64,000 bases of DNA from an uncultured Chloroflexia bacterium (GTDB lineage: Bacteria > Chloroflexota > UBA6077 > JACCZL01): assembly GCA_963765765.1 (NCBI GenBank), contig CAVXYC010000029.1, positions 1-64,000 of the forward strand, in the 5' to 3' direction. Shown piece after piece: positions 19,575 to 31,549 of the stretch. A program made the position numbers and the translations under genes. Every line of letters begins with the position of its first letter. Positions within the stretch are counted from its first letter, which is position 1. The notes below the pieces were generated by a model, which saw only the letters and a list, made by a program, of their open reading frames with translations, searched no databases and was not told the DNA's origin.

Positions 19575-21011
19575 ATGTCGCACATGATTCGTCACACAAA
19601 AATCGTCTGTACCCTTGGTCCGGCAACCAGTAGCCCGACCATGATCGAGTCGCTCATCCGCGCTGGGATGAATGTGGCTCGATTGAACTTTTCTCATGGT
19701 ACGCATGAGGAGCATCGGCGAAGTATCGGTTGGATTCGCGCCGCCTCAAACCGACTGAAGGCGCCGGTTGCTATTCTTCAGGATCTGAGCGGGCCGAAGA
19801 TTCGCGTCGGCGACATGGAGCAGCCTGTCATGCTGCGTGCGGGCGACACCTTCACGCTGACCCGTCGCGATGTAAAGGGTACTGCCGAGATAGCATCCGT
19901 CAGCCTGCCCGAGCTGGTAGAGCAGGCGCACGTTGGTGACACCATTCTCCTGGCAGATGGATACATCGAGATCAAGGTCGTGGGTGTGAATGATGCCGAT
20001 GTCCAGACCCGCGTCATCCACGGCGGGATGCTGGACTCGCACAAGGGCATTAATCTCCCTCGTCGGTCACTCGATGTGCCGGCTATGACCGAGAAGGACA
20101 ATGACGACCTTCGATTTGGCCTGGCAGAGGGGGTGGACTATGTCGCGGCATCATTCGTCCGATCTGCCGGTGACCTTCTGCGGATCAAGGCGATCATGAC
20201 CGAAGTCGGCCGAAGTGCCCCGCTCATTGCCAAGATTGAGAAGCATGAGGCGCTGCGAGCCATTGTGGACATCCTTGACAATGCCGAAGGTCTCATGGTG
20301 GCGCGCGGAGACCTGGCTGTGGAGACACCGTTCGAGCGTGTACCACTCGTCCAGAAGGCGCTCATCGAGCGGTGCAACAAGGCTGGCAAACCGGTCATCA
20401 CCGCAACCCAGATGTTGCGCTCGATGGTTGAGAATCCGCGACCTACCCGCGCGGAAGCGGCTGATGTAGCCAATGCCGTTCTGGATGGCACTGACGCGGT
20501 GATGCTGTCGGAAGAGACCGCCATTGGCCAATATCCCATCGAGACCGTGCAGACGATGGATCGTATCGTGCGCACCGCTGAGACCAGACTGGCCTCGCGC
20601 GATTACCTTCCGTCAGAACGCGAAGAGGGACACGTGACGGTACCCGCGGCCATTGGGCACGCGGCCGTTATGTTGGCGCGCGAACTGCATGCCACGGCGA
20701 TTCTCACGCCGACGCAAACGGGCGGCAGCGCCCGTCGCGTCTCCCGGTTTCGCCCAGCGGTTCCGATCGTCGCAATGAGCACCCATGAGTGGGCCATTCG
20801 TCAGCTTGCTCTCATCTGGGGGGTGATTCCCATTCAGGTCCAGCATGAGGAGGAGAGCACCGACGCCCTCATCGAGCAGATCCAGCAAGTCGCGGAGTCG
20901 CGCGGTATCGTGCATTCCGGCGACACCGTTGTGGTGGCCGCGGGCATTCCGTCAGGTCTCGTGAAGTCAACGAACATGATCAAGATCTCGACGATCGGCG
21001 GACGCGAGTAG
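19575..21011 (+). CDS. pyk: Pyruvate kinase
   Basis: TKIVCTLGPA, RLNFSHG, IAKIE, MVARGDL, TATQML, DAVMLSEETA. Confidence 0.97.
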   Translation: MSHMIRHTKIVCTLGPATSSPTMIESLIRAGMNVARLNFSHGTHEEHRRSIGWIRAASNRLKAPVAILQDLSGPKIRVGDMEQPVMLRAGDTFTLTRRDVKGTAEIASVSLPELVEQAHVGDTILLADGYIEIKVVGVNDADVQTRVIHGGMLDSHKGINLPRRSLDVPAMTEKDNDDLRFGLAEGVDYVAASFVRSAGDLLRIKAIMTEVGRSAPLIAKIEKHEALRAIVDILDNAEGLMVARGDLAVETPFERVPLVQKALIERCNKAGKPVITATQMLRSMVENPRPTRAEAADVANAVLDGTDAVMLSEETAIGQYPIETVQTMDRIVRTAETRLASRDYLPSEREEGHVTVPAAIGHAAVMLARELHATAILTPTQTGGSARRVSRFRPAVPIVAMSTHEWAIRQLALIWGVIPIQVQHEEESTDALIEQIQQVAESRGIVHSGDTVVVAAGIPSGLVKSTNMIKISTIGGRE

Positions 21012-21254
21012 CCCTCGCGCCGAACGCTGTCCCTCGGAGCGCGGCCGTCGAGGCCGCAGTCGGAGTCCTGATCGAGGGACGTAATTTAGAGGGCGATCTC
21101 GACAGCCCACAGACGGCCGGGACGACCGCGCTCCAGACGAATCTCCCTGACATCTGGGTTACCACTTCCCAGGCATGGTGGTCTGCTGAGATACTAGGTA
21201 TCGGACCACCACGTCTCATGTTCGGGACACAAATCAACGGGAGCGGACTGCCTT

Positions 21255-22531
21255 ATGGCGCACGAATGCTTGTTCACGATGGACGCCTCGAGCATCAAGT
21301 TTGGTGTGGGGGCCACCAAAGAGGTCGGTTTCGAGGCCCGTAGACTGGCGATGAAGAAGGTCATGGTCGTCACGGACCCCGGATTGAGCGAAAGCGATGC
21401 CGTGAAGACCACGTTGGAAAGCCTTCGCGCGGACAACATCGACTACTTCCTGTACGACCGCGTCCGTGTGGAGCCAACCGATGGCTCACTCCAAGAAGCG
21501 ATCGACTGTGCGATGGGCGACGACTTCGATGGATTCGTCGCGGTTGGTGGTGGGTCCAGCATCGACACGGCCAAGGCGGCCAACCTCTACTCCACCTACC
21601 CGGCCGACTTCCTTGCGTACGTAAATCCGCCAGTGGGTGAGGGACGACCCATTCCCGGTGCGTTGAAGCCACTGATCGCAGTGCCCACGACGGCCGGTAC
21701 GGGCAGCGAGACGACGGGCGTCTCCATTTTCGATCTGGTTAAGATGCATGCCAAGACTGGCATTGCCCATCGCGCGTTGCGCCCGACCATCGGTGTGGTG
21801 GATCCGAACAACACCAGGTCGTTGCCGAAGATGGTCGCGGCGTGCAGCGGTCTCGACGTACTCAGCCATGCACTCGAGTCGATGACAGCCCTGCCGTATC
21901 ACCAACGCGAGGCGGCAGAAGATCCCGCATATCGGCCGGCCTATCAGGGATCGAATCCGATCAGCGATCTCTGGGCCGCCAAGGCGCTCGAGATGGTGGC
22001 CGCGAACATCGTCAAAGCGGCGGACAATCCAGATGACGATGACGCTCGCAGCAATATGATGCTGGCCGCGACGTACGCGGGCATCGGGTTTGGAAATGCC
22101 GGCGTTCATCTCCCGCACGGTATGTCGTATCCGGTGTCAGGAAACGTCCGAAGCTTCAAGCCAGACGGCTACGATGTGGATCATCCGATCATTCCGCACG
22201 GCATGTCAGTGATCCTCAACGCGCCATCAGTGTTCCGCTGGACGGCTACCGCGAATCCCGCGCGCCATCTTCAGGCGGCTGAGATCATGGGCGTCGATAT
22301 CCGAGAAGCCACGCCCATGGACGCCGGCGAGGTGCTCTCCGGAGCCGTCATCCAGATCATGAAGGCGCTCGGCATTCCGAACGGCCTTACCGCGGTAGGC
22401 TACTCCGAGGACGATATTCCGACCCTCGTCGAAGGTACACTGCCCCAGCATCGAGTGACCAAGCTCGCCCTCGGCCAGCCGGTGAGGCGGAGCTGGCTGA
22501 GCTGTTCAAGGGGGCGATGCGGTACTGGTAG
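21255..22531 (+). CDS. Hydroxyacid-oxoacid transhydrogenase (Fe-ADH family, ADHFE1-like); small frameshift near the C-terminus
   Basis: GGGSSIDTAK, PTTAGTGSETT, GNAGVHLPHGMSYPVSG, PHGMSV; family-like ending LFKGAMRYW* in a shifted frame. Confidence 0.9.
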
Positions 22532-22845
22532 AGCTAGTGGACGAGGGTGACTGACAGCCCCTCGGCGTGAGCTGCTCGAGCTTGCCGCTCATCGGCTGTC
22601 CAGACTTCGAGCGATGCTGGACGGCTTATCCGACCTGGCATACGGTCCACTGCAACACGGATTACTTCGACTCCGTGCAGCGACGTTGAGCAGCGATTCG
22701 TTGGATCTCTCGATCTGCGATTCTTTGATGTAGACCTGTTTGCGAACTATGGGGCATTCCATACATCGTGAACATACATCCAGCCGGCCCTGCCGATTGA
22801 GAATTTGCCTGCTCCTGCTATCATCCGCCGCGTGAAAACTCGAGG

Positions 22846-24367
22846 ATGCTAGCCAAGCTGCTTACCAGCGCCGTCGTTGGTATGGATGGCGCGCTGGTCC
22901 AGGTGGAGGTAGACATCTCCCCTGGAATGAGCAATTTCAACGTTGTGGGGCTGCCGGATACCGCGGTCAAGGAAGCACGCGAGCGCGTCAGGCCGGCAAT
23001 TCGCAACAGCGGGTTCAATTTTCCATATCGGCGCCTGGCGGTGAACCTGGCGCCGGCCGAGCTGCGGAAGACTGGACCGTCGTACGATCTGCCGATCGCC
23101 CTCGGAGTGCTGGTAGCTTCCGGGCAGTGTCCCGCGCCGCCTGAGAAATCGATCGTTCTCGGCGAGCTCTCGATGGACGGGACCGTCCGCCACACACAGG
23201 GAATGCTGCCCATGGTGTCCGTGGCACGCGATGAGGGGCTGGACACAGTCTTCGTTCCCGCCGTTGACGCTGCCGAGGCGGCGCTGGTGGAAGGCGTGAC
23301 CGTCTATCCCGTTCAGACGCTCGGCGAGCTTGTGAGCCACCTGCGTGAAGAGGCCGCCCTCAAGCCAGCCGAGCCAAACGTCCACGCGTTTGAGCCGAAT
23401 GATCAGTACCCGGTCGACCTCGCCCACGTGCGCGGTCAGGAGCATGCGCGCCGAGCGCTCGAGATCGCGGCCGCCGGTGGTCATAACTTATCGATGGTGG
23501 GCCCACCTGGTGCGGGAAAGACGCTCCTGGCGAGAGCGCTGCCCTCGATCCTACCGAGGCTGACGCTGCAGGAGGCGCTGGACGTAACTCGGCTCTATTC
23601 CGTCGCGGGGAAGCTTGAAGATGGACAGCCTTTGATGCGTCAGCGGCCGTTCCGCTCGCCGCATCACACGATAAGTCACGCTGGACTCGTTGGCGGAGGC
23701 ATGTCCTGGCCTCGGCCCGGGGAGATCAGCCTGGCGCATCGCGGCGTGCTGTTCCTGGACGAGATTCCTGAGTTCGGGCACCACGTGCTGGAAGTGCTCC
23801 GCCAGCCGCTCGAAGATGGCCAGGTGACCGTCGCCCGAGCTCGTGGCTCCGTCACGTTCCCGTCGAACTTCATGCTCGTCGCGGCCATGAATCCGTGTCC
23901 CTGTGGCTACTTCGGCGATCCCGTGAAGCCGTGTAGCTGTGGCGACGGCACGGTGGCGCGTTACCGCAAGCGCATCAGCGGCCCGCTTATGGATCGCATC
24001 GATCTCCACATCGATGTGCCCAGGGTCGAGTACGAGCAGCTTGCAAGCACGGAGGTCTCAGAATCATCTTCCGCCGTTCGCGCCCGCGTGGAAGTCTGCT
24101 CGCGCGGTGCAGCAATCACGATTCGCGGAGACGTCGCTCATGTGTAACGCCGACATGACCGCGGGCGAGGTCCGCGAATACTGTGCTCTAGACGAGACGA
24201 GTCAGAATCTTGCTCGCACCGCTGTCGAGCGGATGGGCCTATCCGCTCGCGCCTACCACCGCGTGCTCAAGGTTGCCCGCACAATCGCGGACATGGCCGG
24301 TACTTCCCACATCGAGGCTGCGCACCTTGCGGAAGCGGTCCAGTACCGGGCGAGAGCATACGTCTGA
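22846..24367 (+). CDS. comM: YifB/ComM Mg-chelatase-like AAA ATPase, frameshift near 24095
   Basis: [58 protein letters not shown]. Confidence 0.92.
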
Positions 24368-24745
24368 GTCAGGGCGCACGCGCCGACACTGCAATTCGTA
24401 GTCGCCCAAATGGCTACCGAGAATCCACCGACTCGCTGACCGACGCGCTCAGTGGGCGGATTTGGCTGTTCGCCCAGGATCTCGGCCCAGGCCTTCTTGA
24501 GGCAGGCCTAGTGACCGGCGGCTTCGACGAGGTCCATGAAGGCGACGACGGTCCGTTCGAACGAAGCTTGATGGCGCGGCTCGGGGACGCGCCATCTTCG
24601 GTGAGGAGCTGATGTGCCTAAGCTAGAGAGGATATCTCCGGAGCTGCTGCGCAAGCACGTGGATCCTCTAGCACCGATCGGCGTCGATGCTGGTGGAGGC
24701 CATGATCCGACCGTGCAGGCCACGATTCATGTCAATCTGCCGTGA

Positions 24746-25399
24746 TCACGTACTGTCTCTCCACCCCGGCGCGTCACTGGCGGGGAATGATTCCCAGGAT
24801 GCCTCATCCACCTTGTCACCAGTCACTTCTGGAGGCGGCACAAGACCATCAGAGCGTCGTGATTGCTCCGATGCTTGGATTGCACCCAGAAGCTCTTCGC
24901 TCTTCCATCGTCCCTCATGGCGCGTTCCATTGATGAAGAACGTGGGAGTACCGTGGACGCCGCCATGGATGCCGCTGCGCACGTCCTCTCGCACACGCTC
25001 ATGGTAGGCATGCGTCTCGAGGTCCTGTTTGAATTGATCCGTGTTCAGATCGAGCCGTGTCGCATAACCAACCAGGGCGTCCAGCTCGAGCGCCGATTGG
25101 TTCTCGAAGAGCAGGTCGTGCATCTCCCAGAATCGATCCTGTGCGCCGGCGGCCTCGGCCGCTTCGGCGGCTAGGTGAGCGTGGGGATGCTCGACCGTTC
25201 TGGGGAAATGGCGGTAGACGAAGCGGAGACGATCACCCAGAGCTCTCTGGACCTCCTTTACTTCAGGGTAGGCCATCGCGCAGAAGGGGCATTCGAAATC
25301 GCCGTACTCGACCAGAATATTCGGCGCTTCCCACGACCCAGCAATATGGTCGCGAGCACTCACCGGGAGTATGAGCCCGGGCTCTGCACCGGTCGTCAT
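24746..25399 (-). CDS. DsbA-family thioredoxin with a C-terminal ASxESFPASD tail
   Basis: EYGDFECPFC, YRHFP, GTPTFFING; GGAGG RBS. Confidence 0.9.
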   Translation of the reverse strand: MTTGAEPGLILPVSARDHIAGSWEAPNILVEYGDFECPFCAMAYPEVKEVQRALGDRLRFVYRHFPRTVEHPHAHLAAEAAEAAGAQDRFWEMHDLLFENQSALELDALVGYATRLDLNTDQFKQDLETHAYHERVREDVRSGIHGGVHGTPTFFINGTRHEGRWKSEELLGAIQASEQSRRSDGLVPPPEVTGDKVDEASWESFPASDAPGWRDST

Positions 25400-25527
25400 G
25401 CGATCAGGCCTCCTCGAACGCGGGCATCTAGCGTCGTGTCCTCAAGCCGCACCGCGCTGCGGTCAGGACCGCGGCGCTCCGAACGCAGGAGTTTCATACC
25501 GGCCTTCCAGGTCGTTCGTACCGGCAT
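25396..25527 (-). CDS. Putative 43-aa small ORF coupled to the DsbA gene
   Basis: GAGG upstream of ATG; MPVRTTWKAGMKLL...GGLIA*; stop overlaps the DsbA start (ATGA). Confidence 0.35.
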   Translation of the reverse strand: MPVRTTWKAGMKLLRSERRGPDRSAVRLEDTTLDARVRGGLIA

Positions 25528-26010
25528 ATGGGGTGTACCTCGCTTCCTAATGCTCCGCGATCCGGCCCCGCCGGGGAGCTCTAGATGGCCCCGCGTTCCG
25601 ATGACTTCTCAGATGGCGTTCCCCGCGGCAGGAGAGTGGCGAGCAGTCGCACCGTCAGTCTCCACCGGCAGGCCTCGTGCCAATCCTACGACACCTTACG
25701 ACGCTGGAATTGATTTGAGCGGTCGCCGCTCGAGCCAATACTCCGCGTGCAAGAAGAGCAGCCTTGCCGGCATCGTCGAGCGAGGCTTGCGGTCGCACCC
25801 CGGAGAGCGTCCAGATGGCAGGAACCTCCTCCTCGCTCAGCGGGAGTGGTGAACGCCCGCGACTAGGCGAACTCCTTGGTGTCTTGCCGGAAGCAGTCGA
25901 AGTGCCGGGGCGCAAGCGCAAAATTTCATGCGAGTCAGTCGGACGGCAGCTTCCTTGGGTTTACGGCTGTCCCGGTGAATTCCTTGAAATCCTGTCGGGC
26001 TCACTAAGCG

Positions 26011-27621
26011 CTAGTCTGGCCCGTAGCACCATTTGCCATCGATCATGGTGCCCGTCACGGGAAGCGAGCTTATCTCGGCGGCTGCCGTTTCCGCGAGCTG
26101 TCCGTCCAGAACGATCAAATCGGCGAGTTTGCCTGCTTCCAGGCTGCCCTTCAAGCTCTCGTCAAAACTCGCGAAGGCGGCGTTGATCGTGTACATGCGA
26201 ATCGCTTCATTGAGTGAGATGCGCTCGTGCTCGCCGCCGGTGCTTCCGTCCATGGTGGCGCGCAGCAGCGCCTGTTGAATGCCGAAGAGCGGACGATGGT
26301 CGGTCACCGGTGTGTCAGAGCTCCCCACAACTGTGACTCCTGAGTCAAGGAGCGACCGCGCGGGAAACATTTGATGCGTTCGCTCGGGGCCATAGTTGCG
26401 ATGGTAGCCATCACCGAACTCCCAGAAGAACGCCGGCTGCAGGACCGGCACAACACCAAGTAGAGCGATTCGCTCAACCAGATCCGGCGGGCAGATTGCG
26501 CAATGCTCCAGTCGATGGCGGTGGTCCTCGCGAGGGTGTTTTGCAAGGACGCGCTCATAAGCGTTGAGCATCATCTCTATGGCTCGGTCACCCACCGTAT
26601 GGGCAGTCACTGGAAAGCCGGCCGTGTGCGCCCGCTCCACGAGATCGTCGAGCTCATCCTGCTCGTAATAGAGAATGCCACACGAGCATGGCATCGATGT
26701 ATAGGGATGCCTCGTGGCGGCCGTTGGGCCGGAGCTGGCTCCATCCGTCATGACTTTGAAGGGGCCGAGTTTGAGTTTATCGTTTCCGAAGCCCGTGAAC
26801 AGGCCCGTCTCCAGATACCGCAGGCCCTTGCTTGATTCCGAGAGCCAGCCAGACCATGAAGTACACACGTACGTCAATACTCGACTCGCGGACGCATTCG
26901 AGCATCGCTGGGATTTGCTGGTCGCTCATCGCGCCTGCGTCGTGGCACGACGTGATTCCTGCGCGCAGGAAATCCTCATTCGCAAGCTGGAGTGCGGACT
27001 TGAATTCGGATCGGGAATAACCGGACGCCGCGAGTAACGGTCCGATAGCAGCGTCTATAGCGACGCCTGCGTTCCTGCCGTCCGAGCTCGCTCGTATCGT
27101 CCGCCCGGCGGGTCGGGCGTGTCGATCGTCAATACCCGCCAGCGTCAAGCGCTCGACTGTTCGCCGCGGCGATATGCACGCAGGTGCGGACCACGATGAC
27201 CGGGTTGTCCGGCGCAGCTTCATCGAGATCCCATCGACTGGGATGGCGTTGCTCGGCCAGACGAGTGTGATCGTATCCGTGCGCCCGAATCCACGTGCCG
27301 GGCGGCACGGTGCGGGCTCGCTTGCGAATGGCCTGCTTTGATCTCTTCGATGGAGCGCATTCCCGCGGCTTTGCAATCAATGCCCAGTTTGTTTGTGCCG
27401 TACGCGCCCATGTGGACGTGAGCATCGATGAAGCCTGGCAGCACGGTGCGGCCGGCGAGATCAATGGTTTGCGTGGAGTCTCCGGCCAGCGACCGAATCG
27501 ACTGAGATGACCCCGTGTCGATGATGCGATTGCCAGAGATAGCGACCGCCTCGACCACCGAATTCTGGGAGTCGACCGTGTGGACGGCTCCATTGAGAAG
27601 CAGGATGTCTGCTTTGGTCAC
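26011..27621 (-). CDS. Amidohydrolase_3 (YtcJ-like) protein, several frameshifts
   Basis: VLPGFIDAHVH, AHTVGDRA, RLEHC, GSSDTP, GSLEAGKLADLIVL spread over four overlapping ORFs. Confidence 0.88.
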
Positions 27622-28474
27622 GGGATGCCCAGCTCATCGGCAAACCGACGAATGTGGCTGACGACTGCACCAGGCTGCTCTTCCTGGATGTAGTGGGCCG
27701 TGTCCGGCACCACCTCACCGCGAACGTTCTCGGCAATGCGTTGCCATGCCTCCATGACGGGAGCGTTTGCGGACGGGCCGCGCCCCGCCCAGAGGATCAG
27801 CAGCGGAGTGCGGATCTTGTTTCCTGCATCAAACCATTCCGCCCAGCGAGTGTTGTCATCCTCCAACATGTGGCGGTAGTCAGCCAGAACGGCATCCACC
27901 GACCCGGGCGGGTGAATGGCTCCAGGAACATCTCATGATCTTCGGGCGATAGATGTGTATTCCTTGCCAGGAAGAGCGAGAAGTACAGCCTGGGATTCTG
28001 TCCAATGAGCTGCTCCGCCACGCCGCGCTGGCGATGGAAATCCATGTACCAGCTTCGGCCGCTGGGATCTCGACGATCCGCACGTCCGGCGCCTTGCGGC
28101 AGGCTGTCCAGAAGCACTGCACCTACCACCTTGTCCGGATGATCCGCCGCCAATCGCTGGCCTACCGGCATACCCAGGTCGTGCGCAACAACGATGAAGC
28201 GCTCCCACCGGAGCTGCCGAGTGAGCTCGATAGCATCCGCGGCCATAGATTCATTGACGTAACTGTCGGGATCTAGCGGTCGATCTGATTCGCCGTATCC
28301 ACGTCGGTCGTAAGCCACCGCGTCGAAGCGGTCCGTGAGCTGGGGAATCACTTTGCGCCAGAGCCTGCGGTCCCTTGGGAATCCGTGAATGAAGAGAATC
28401 GGAAAGCCTTGACCGCTTCGCTCATAAGCGAGCTGGATTCCGTTGATCTGCGCAAATTCAATTGAGGAAGTCAT
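27618..28474 (-). CDS. Alpha/beta hydrolase (epoxide hydrolase/dehalogenase-like, Asp nucleophile), frameshift near 27900
   Basis: HGFP oxyanion motif, DRRGYGES, AHDLG nucleophile elbow, AHYIQEEQP catalytic His. Confidence 0.88.
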
Positions 28475-28661
28475 GGCAAGCCTTATATGTCGAAGGAGCC
28501 AGGAATGCAAGGGCGAAAATCCAGGGGGAGATCCGTGGGCGCGAAGCGCATTGGCGTGCGTGCGCGGAGCACCGCTTTCCGGGATTCCCAAACTCCGGGC
28601 GGGATATCGAGAAAGCGGCGCCTCGCCCGCGCATTCCAGAGCGCTTTGCGCCGCCGGGACG

Positions 28662-31465
28662 CTAGGGACTGAAGAGCACGAGCCCGCTGGAGCCGTCGAC
28701 GGTGATGGTCTGGCCCGTCGTGATGGTCTCGGTGGCGCCGGGAGCTCCGACAACCGCCGGGATGCCGTACTCGCGCGCGACGATTGCGCCATGAGACATG
28801 GGGCCGCCCATTTCCATTACCAGACCGCCGGCGGTCAGGAAGAGCGGGGTCCAGCCGGGTCCGTGGAGGGCGCTACCAGAATTTCACCTGGCTCCAGGTG
28901 AGCTCCATGCGGATCGAGGATGACGCGGGCAACGCCCGTGATTCTTCCCGAAGAGGCCGCGGTTCCTTCGAGCGTGCCCTGGCCGGCAGCTGTCGTATCG
29001 TGATCGGAACGGCTGCCGATGGCCTCAGGCTCTGAACCGTCCGACAGAAGGATCCGCGGCACGCGGCGGCGCTGTGCCTCGAACACCATCTCATCGCGTC
29101 GGAGTTGAACGATCGGGCGCAGGTCCGCGCCGGCGGCAGCCGCGCGCAGCTCAGGAAGTGTGAGCAGAAACACGTCGTCGGCCCGCTCGAGGCGACGACG
29201 GTCTAGCAGCTCCTGCCCCACCGGGACGAGCAGGTGACGCATCGCGTACAGCATCTTGACTAGATAGAACTTGGGCGCTTCGCGCAGTCCACCAAGCTCT
29301 CGGTAGCGCTTGAGCAGGAATGACACCGCCTTACCGCGCATGGTGCTCCGGTCGACCTGCTCGCGCGGCCAACTCTACCGCCAACGCGTCAGCCTGCGCG
29401 GCGACGCGGCGAAACTGCGCGTCCGGAGCAAGGGCGGGGTCCGTCAAAGCGAGATAGTTGCCTAGCACCCCGAGGATGTGGGTCGGATCATCGCCCCAAT
29501 GCGGAACACCAAGGTCAATCTCGGCCACGCCGCGGTGGCCATAAGCGGCAAGGAATTCCCCCAGTCCACGCTGGAGAATGGTGGGCAAGTGCCCACCGGC
29601 ATAGCCCCGCGCCACGTCACCGGGCGCGCGACCGTCCAGCGCCCGTGACGCCGCAGGATCTGAGCGTATGCGTTGGGCCAGGTTCCATAACGCGAGGTCC
29701 ATTTCAGTGGTGGGGTTGTGGGGCAGACCGCGACGCAGAGCGTTCAGCTCGTCCGGCGTCGCCACTCCGCGCAGTAGACGCTGGGCAATCGCATAGGCGG
29801 CCAGCCCGGTCACGACGAGTGGCGCCAGGTATGGGAAGAGCTCGCCAGCGAAGCGAGCCGGTAGCGCGGTAACGCGATCGATCCGCTGGGTGGCGCTTGA
29901 ATTCGCGGGGAGCTTTGAACGTCGCATCAGCGCATCCTGGCGCTTGCGCAATCGGCGCCGGCTTCCCTCGGGATCGATCATTGCGCGCAAGATCCCCTGA
30001 GCCAGGCCCGAGCGGAATACGAAAGCCCCGACCTGACGGGCGACGACGATGCGAGATCCGCGAGCACGACCCAGGCGTGGATCCTGTATGACCGACTCGA
30101 GCACCACGGCCGACCTTGCCTCCATCTGTGTGAAGGCGGCGCGCAGCACTTCACGGCCGACCGAGTTGCGCAAGGGGGTCGTGATATCGAAAAACATGCG
30201 ATGTCCGGCCTACGACGATGGCGGGTGGGCCCGCAAAATGATCCGAGATGGGGACCCGCCACATCTGAGCTATCGCCGAGCCAAGCAGCTTGAACGCCTG
30301 CAGACCCATGGGCGTGAGTGGCCCATTGACGCCCTGGGCGACGTTGAAAGAAAAATAGACGTGCAGGGCGTCGTTCCCGGAGCCCCTGGTTGTCGGCATC
30401 CGCGGTCACCGGTTCTGGCAGCGGATAGAGCGTGGTGATGGGGCGCGCCTGGAGTATCCAGAGCAAGCCGTCAGGGTCGATCGCCCATTCAGTATCCTGC
30501 GGCTCGCGATAGTATTGCTCCACCTTTCTGGCAAGCGCTGCCAGATCGCCAAGCTGAGCGTCAGAGATGCACGCGGTCTGGGCAGTGTCGGGCGACGTCG
30601 AGAGCTCCACTCGTCTCGTCCCTCCGCCTGGCAACGACTCGATGCGTAATTGCTTACTGCCAAGGCGACGCTCCAGGACGCTCCCTGTGGCCGTATCCAC
30701 GACGAAATGGTCCGGGGTGACGGCGCCGGACACGACGGCTTCGCCCAGGCCGGGGCTGGCGTCGATCACAGCATGAGCGCGACGGCCGGTGATCGGATTT
30801 GCCGTGAACATCACGCCCGCGACCGCTGACTGGATCTGCTGCTGAACGACGACGGCCAATTGGACACCGTGTGGGTCGATTCCGGCTCGGGCGCGATAGG
30901 CCACGGCACGGTCGGTCCAGAGCGATGCCCAGCAACGGCGGACGGCGTCGACCACCGCATCCGCACCGACGATGTTGAGGTAGGTGTCCTGTTGACCCGC
31001 AAAGCTGGCGCCGGTGAGGTCCTCAGCAGTAGCAGATGAGCGCACGGCGACCGGGACATCCCGTGTTCTCGAGGATTCGCACAGCTTTGCGTAAGCCTCG
31101 CGAATAGCCGCCTCAACGTCTTGAGGGACCGGGGCTCGTGTGATGGAGTCGCGGATGCTCGCTGCCACGTCGGCGAAATCGTCAGGTGCGCCACTTGCTT
31201 CGATCTTCTGCGCTTGGGGTGCCGAAGTAGAAATCTCCAGAGTCGCGATCTTGTCCAGGGCGTCGTCAAGCTGGGCGACGGCGGTCGCGGCGGTGTAGGC
31301 ACGGGTAGTGGCACAGAATCCGGGCGGCACCGGCAAGCGGGCGGTGAGAAGCTCTCCCAGATTGGCGGCCTTCCCCCCAACCAGAGCGATCTGGTGACGA
31401 GAAAGCGATTCCAGCGGTAGGACATACTCTTGCGCGGAGGCGGTTTCGGGTGGGGATTGAGTCAT
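28662..31465 (-). CDS. PEP-synthase-like phosphotransferase with rifampin phosphotransferase architecture (ATP-grasp, substrate domain, C-terminal phospho-His swivel), several frameshifts
   Basis: VGGKAANLGEL, AVRSSATAED, SFAGQQDT, ILQARPITTL, YGHRGVAEIDLG, DPGWTPLF, MSHGAIVAREYGIPAVV. Confidence 0.88.
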
Positions 31466-31488
31466 CGTGCCTCACTGGCGCTACAATT

Positions 31489-31536
31489 AATGACCCACGA
31501 GTCATTTACTGAACTTTACTGACTCGAGGGTCAGTA
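31489..31536. promoter_or_regulatory. Twin TetR-type operators
   Basis: AATGAC-N6-GTCATT (31489-31506) and TACTGAC-N6-GTCAGTA (31517-31536) in the 84-bp divergent intergenic region. Confidence 0.75.
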
Positions 31537-31549
31537 GTCAAAACATTCA

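Noticed and set aside
21140-21250. TPP riboswitch (GCTGAGA present)
   Set aside because: The downstream CCTGA...AATxCxxGCGxAGGGA elements are missing and the gene is not thiamine-related
22547-22733. Small ORF (RRELLELAAHRLSRLRAMLDG...) after the transhydrogenase
   Set aside because: Needs a frameshift to gain a start and shows no recognisable motif; cannot be supported
24508-24723. 71-aa minus-strand ORF downstream of DsbA
   Set aside because: No RBS or recognisable motif; may be a fragment but unsupported
25667-25683. Sigma-54 promoter (TGGCAC-N5-CTGC on the minus strand)
   Set aside because: Imperfect -12 box and no enhancer-binding protein or rpoN evidence in the window
27618-28474. 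Fluoroacetate dehalogenase
   Set aside because: The nucleophile elbow is AHDLGMPV, lacking the DRGxR arginines that bind the carboxylate
28662-31465. Housekeeping PEP synthase (ppsA)
   Set aside because: The phospho-His domain is C-terminal and no PEP-binding TIM barrel is present
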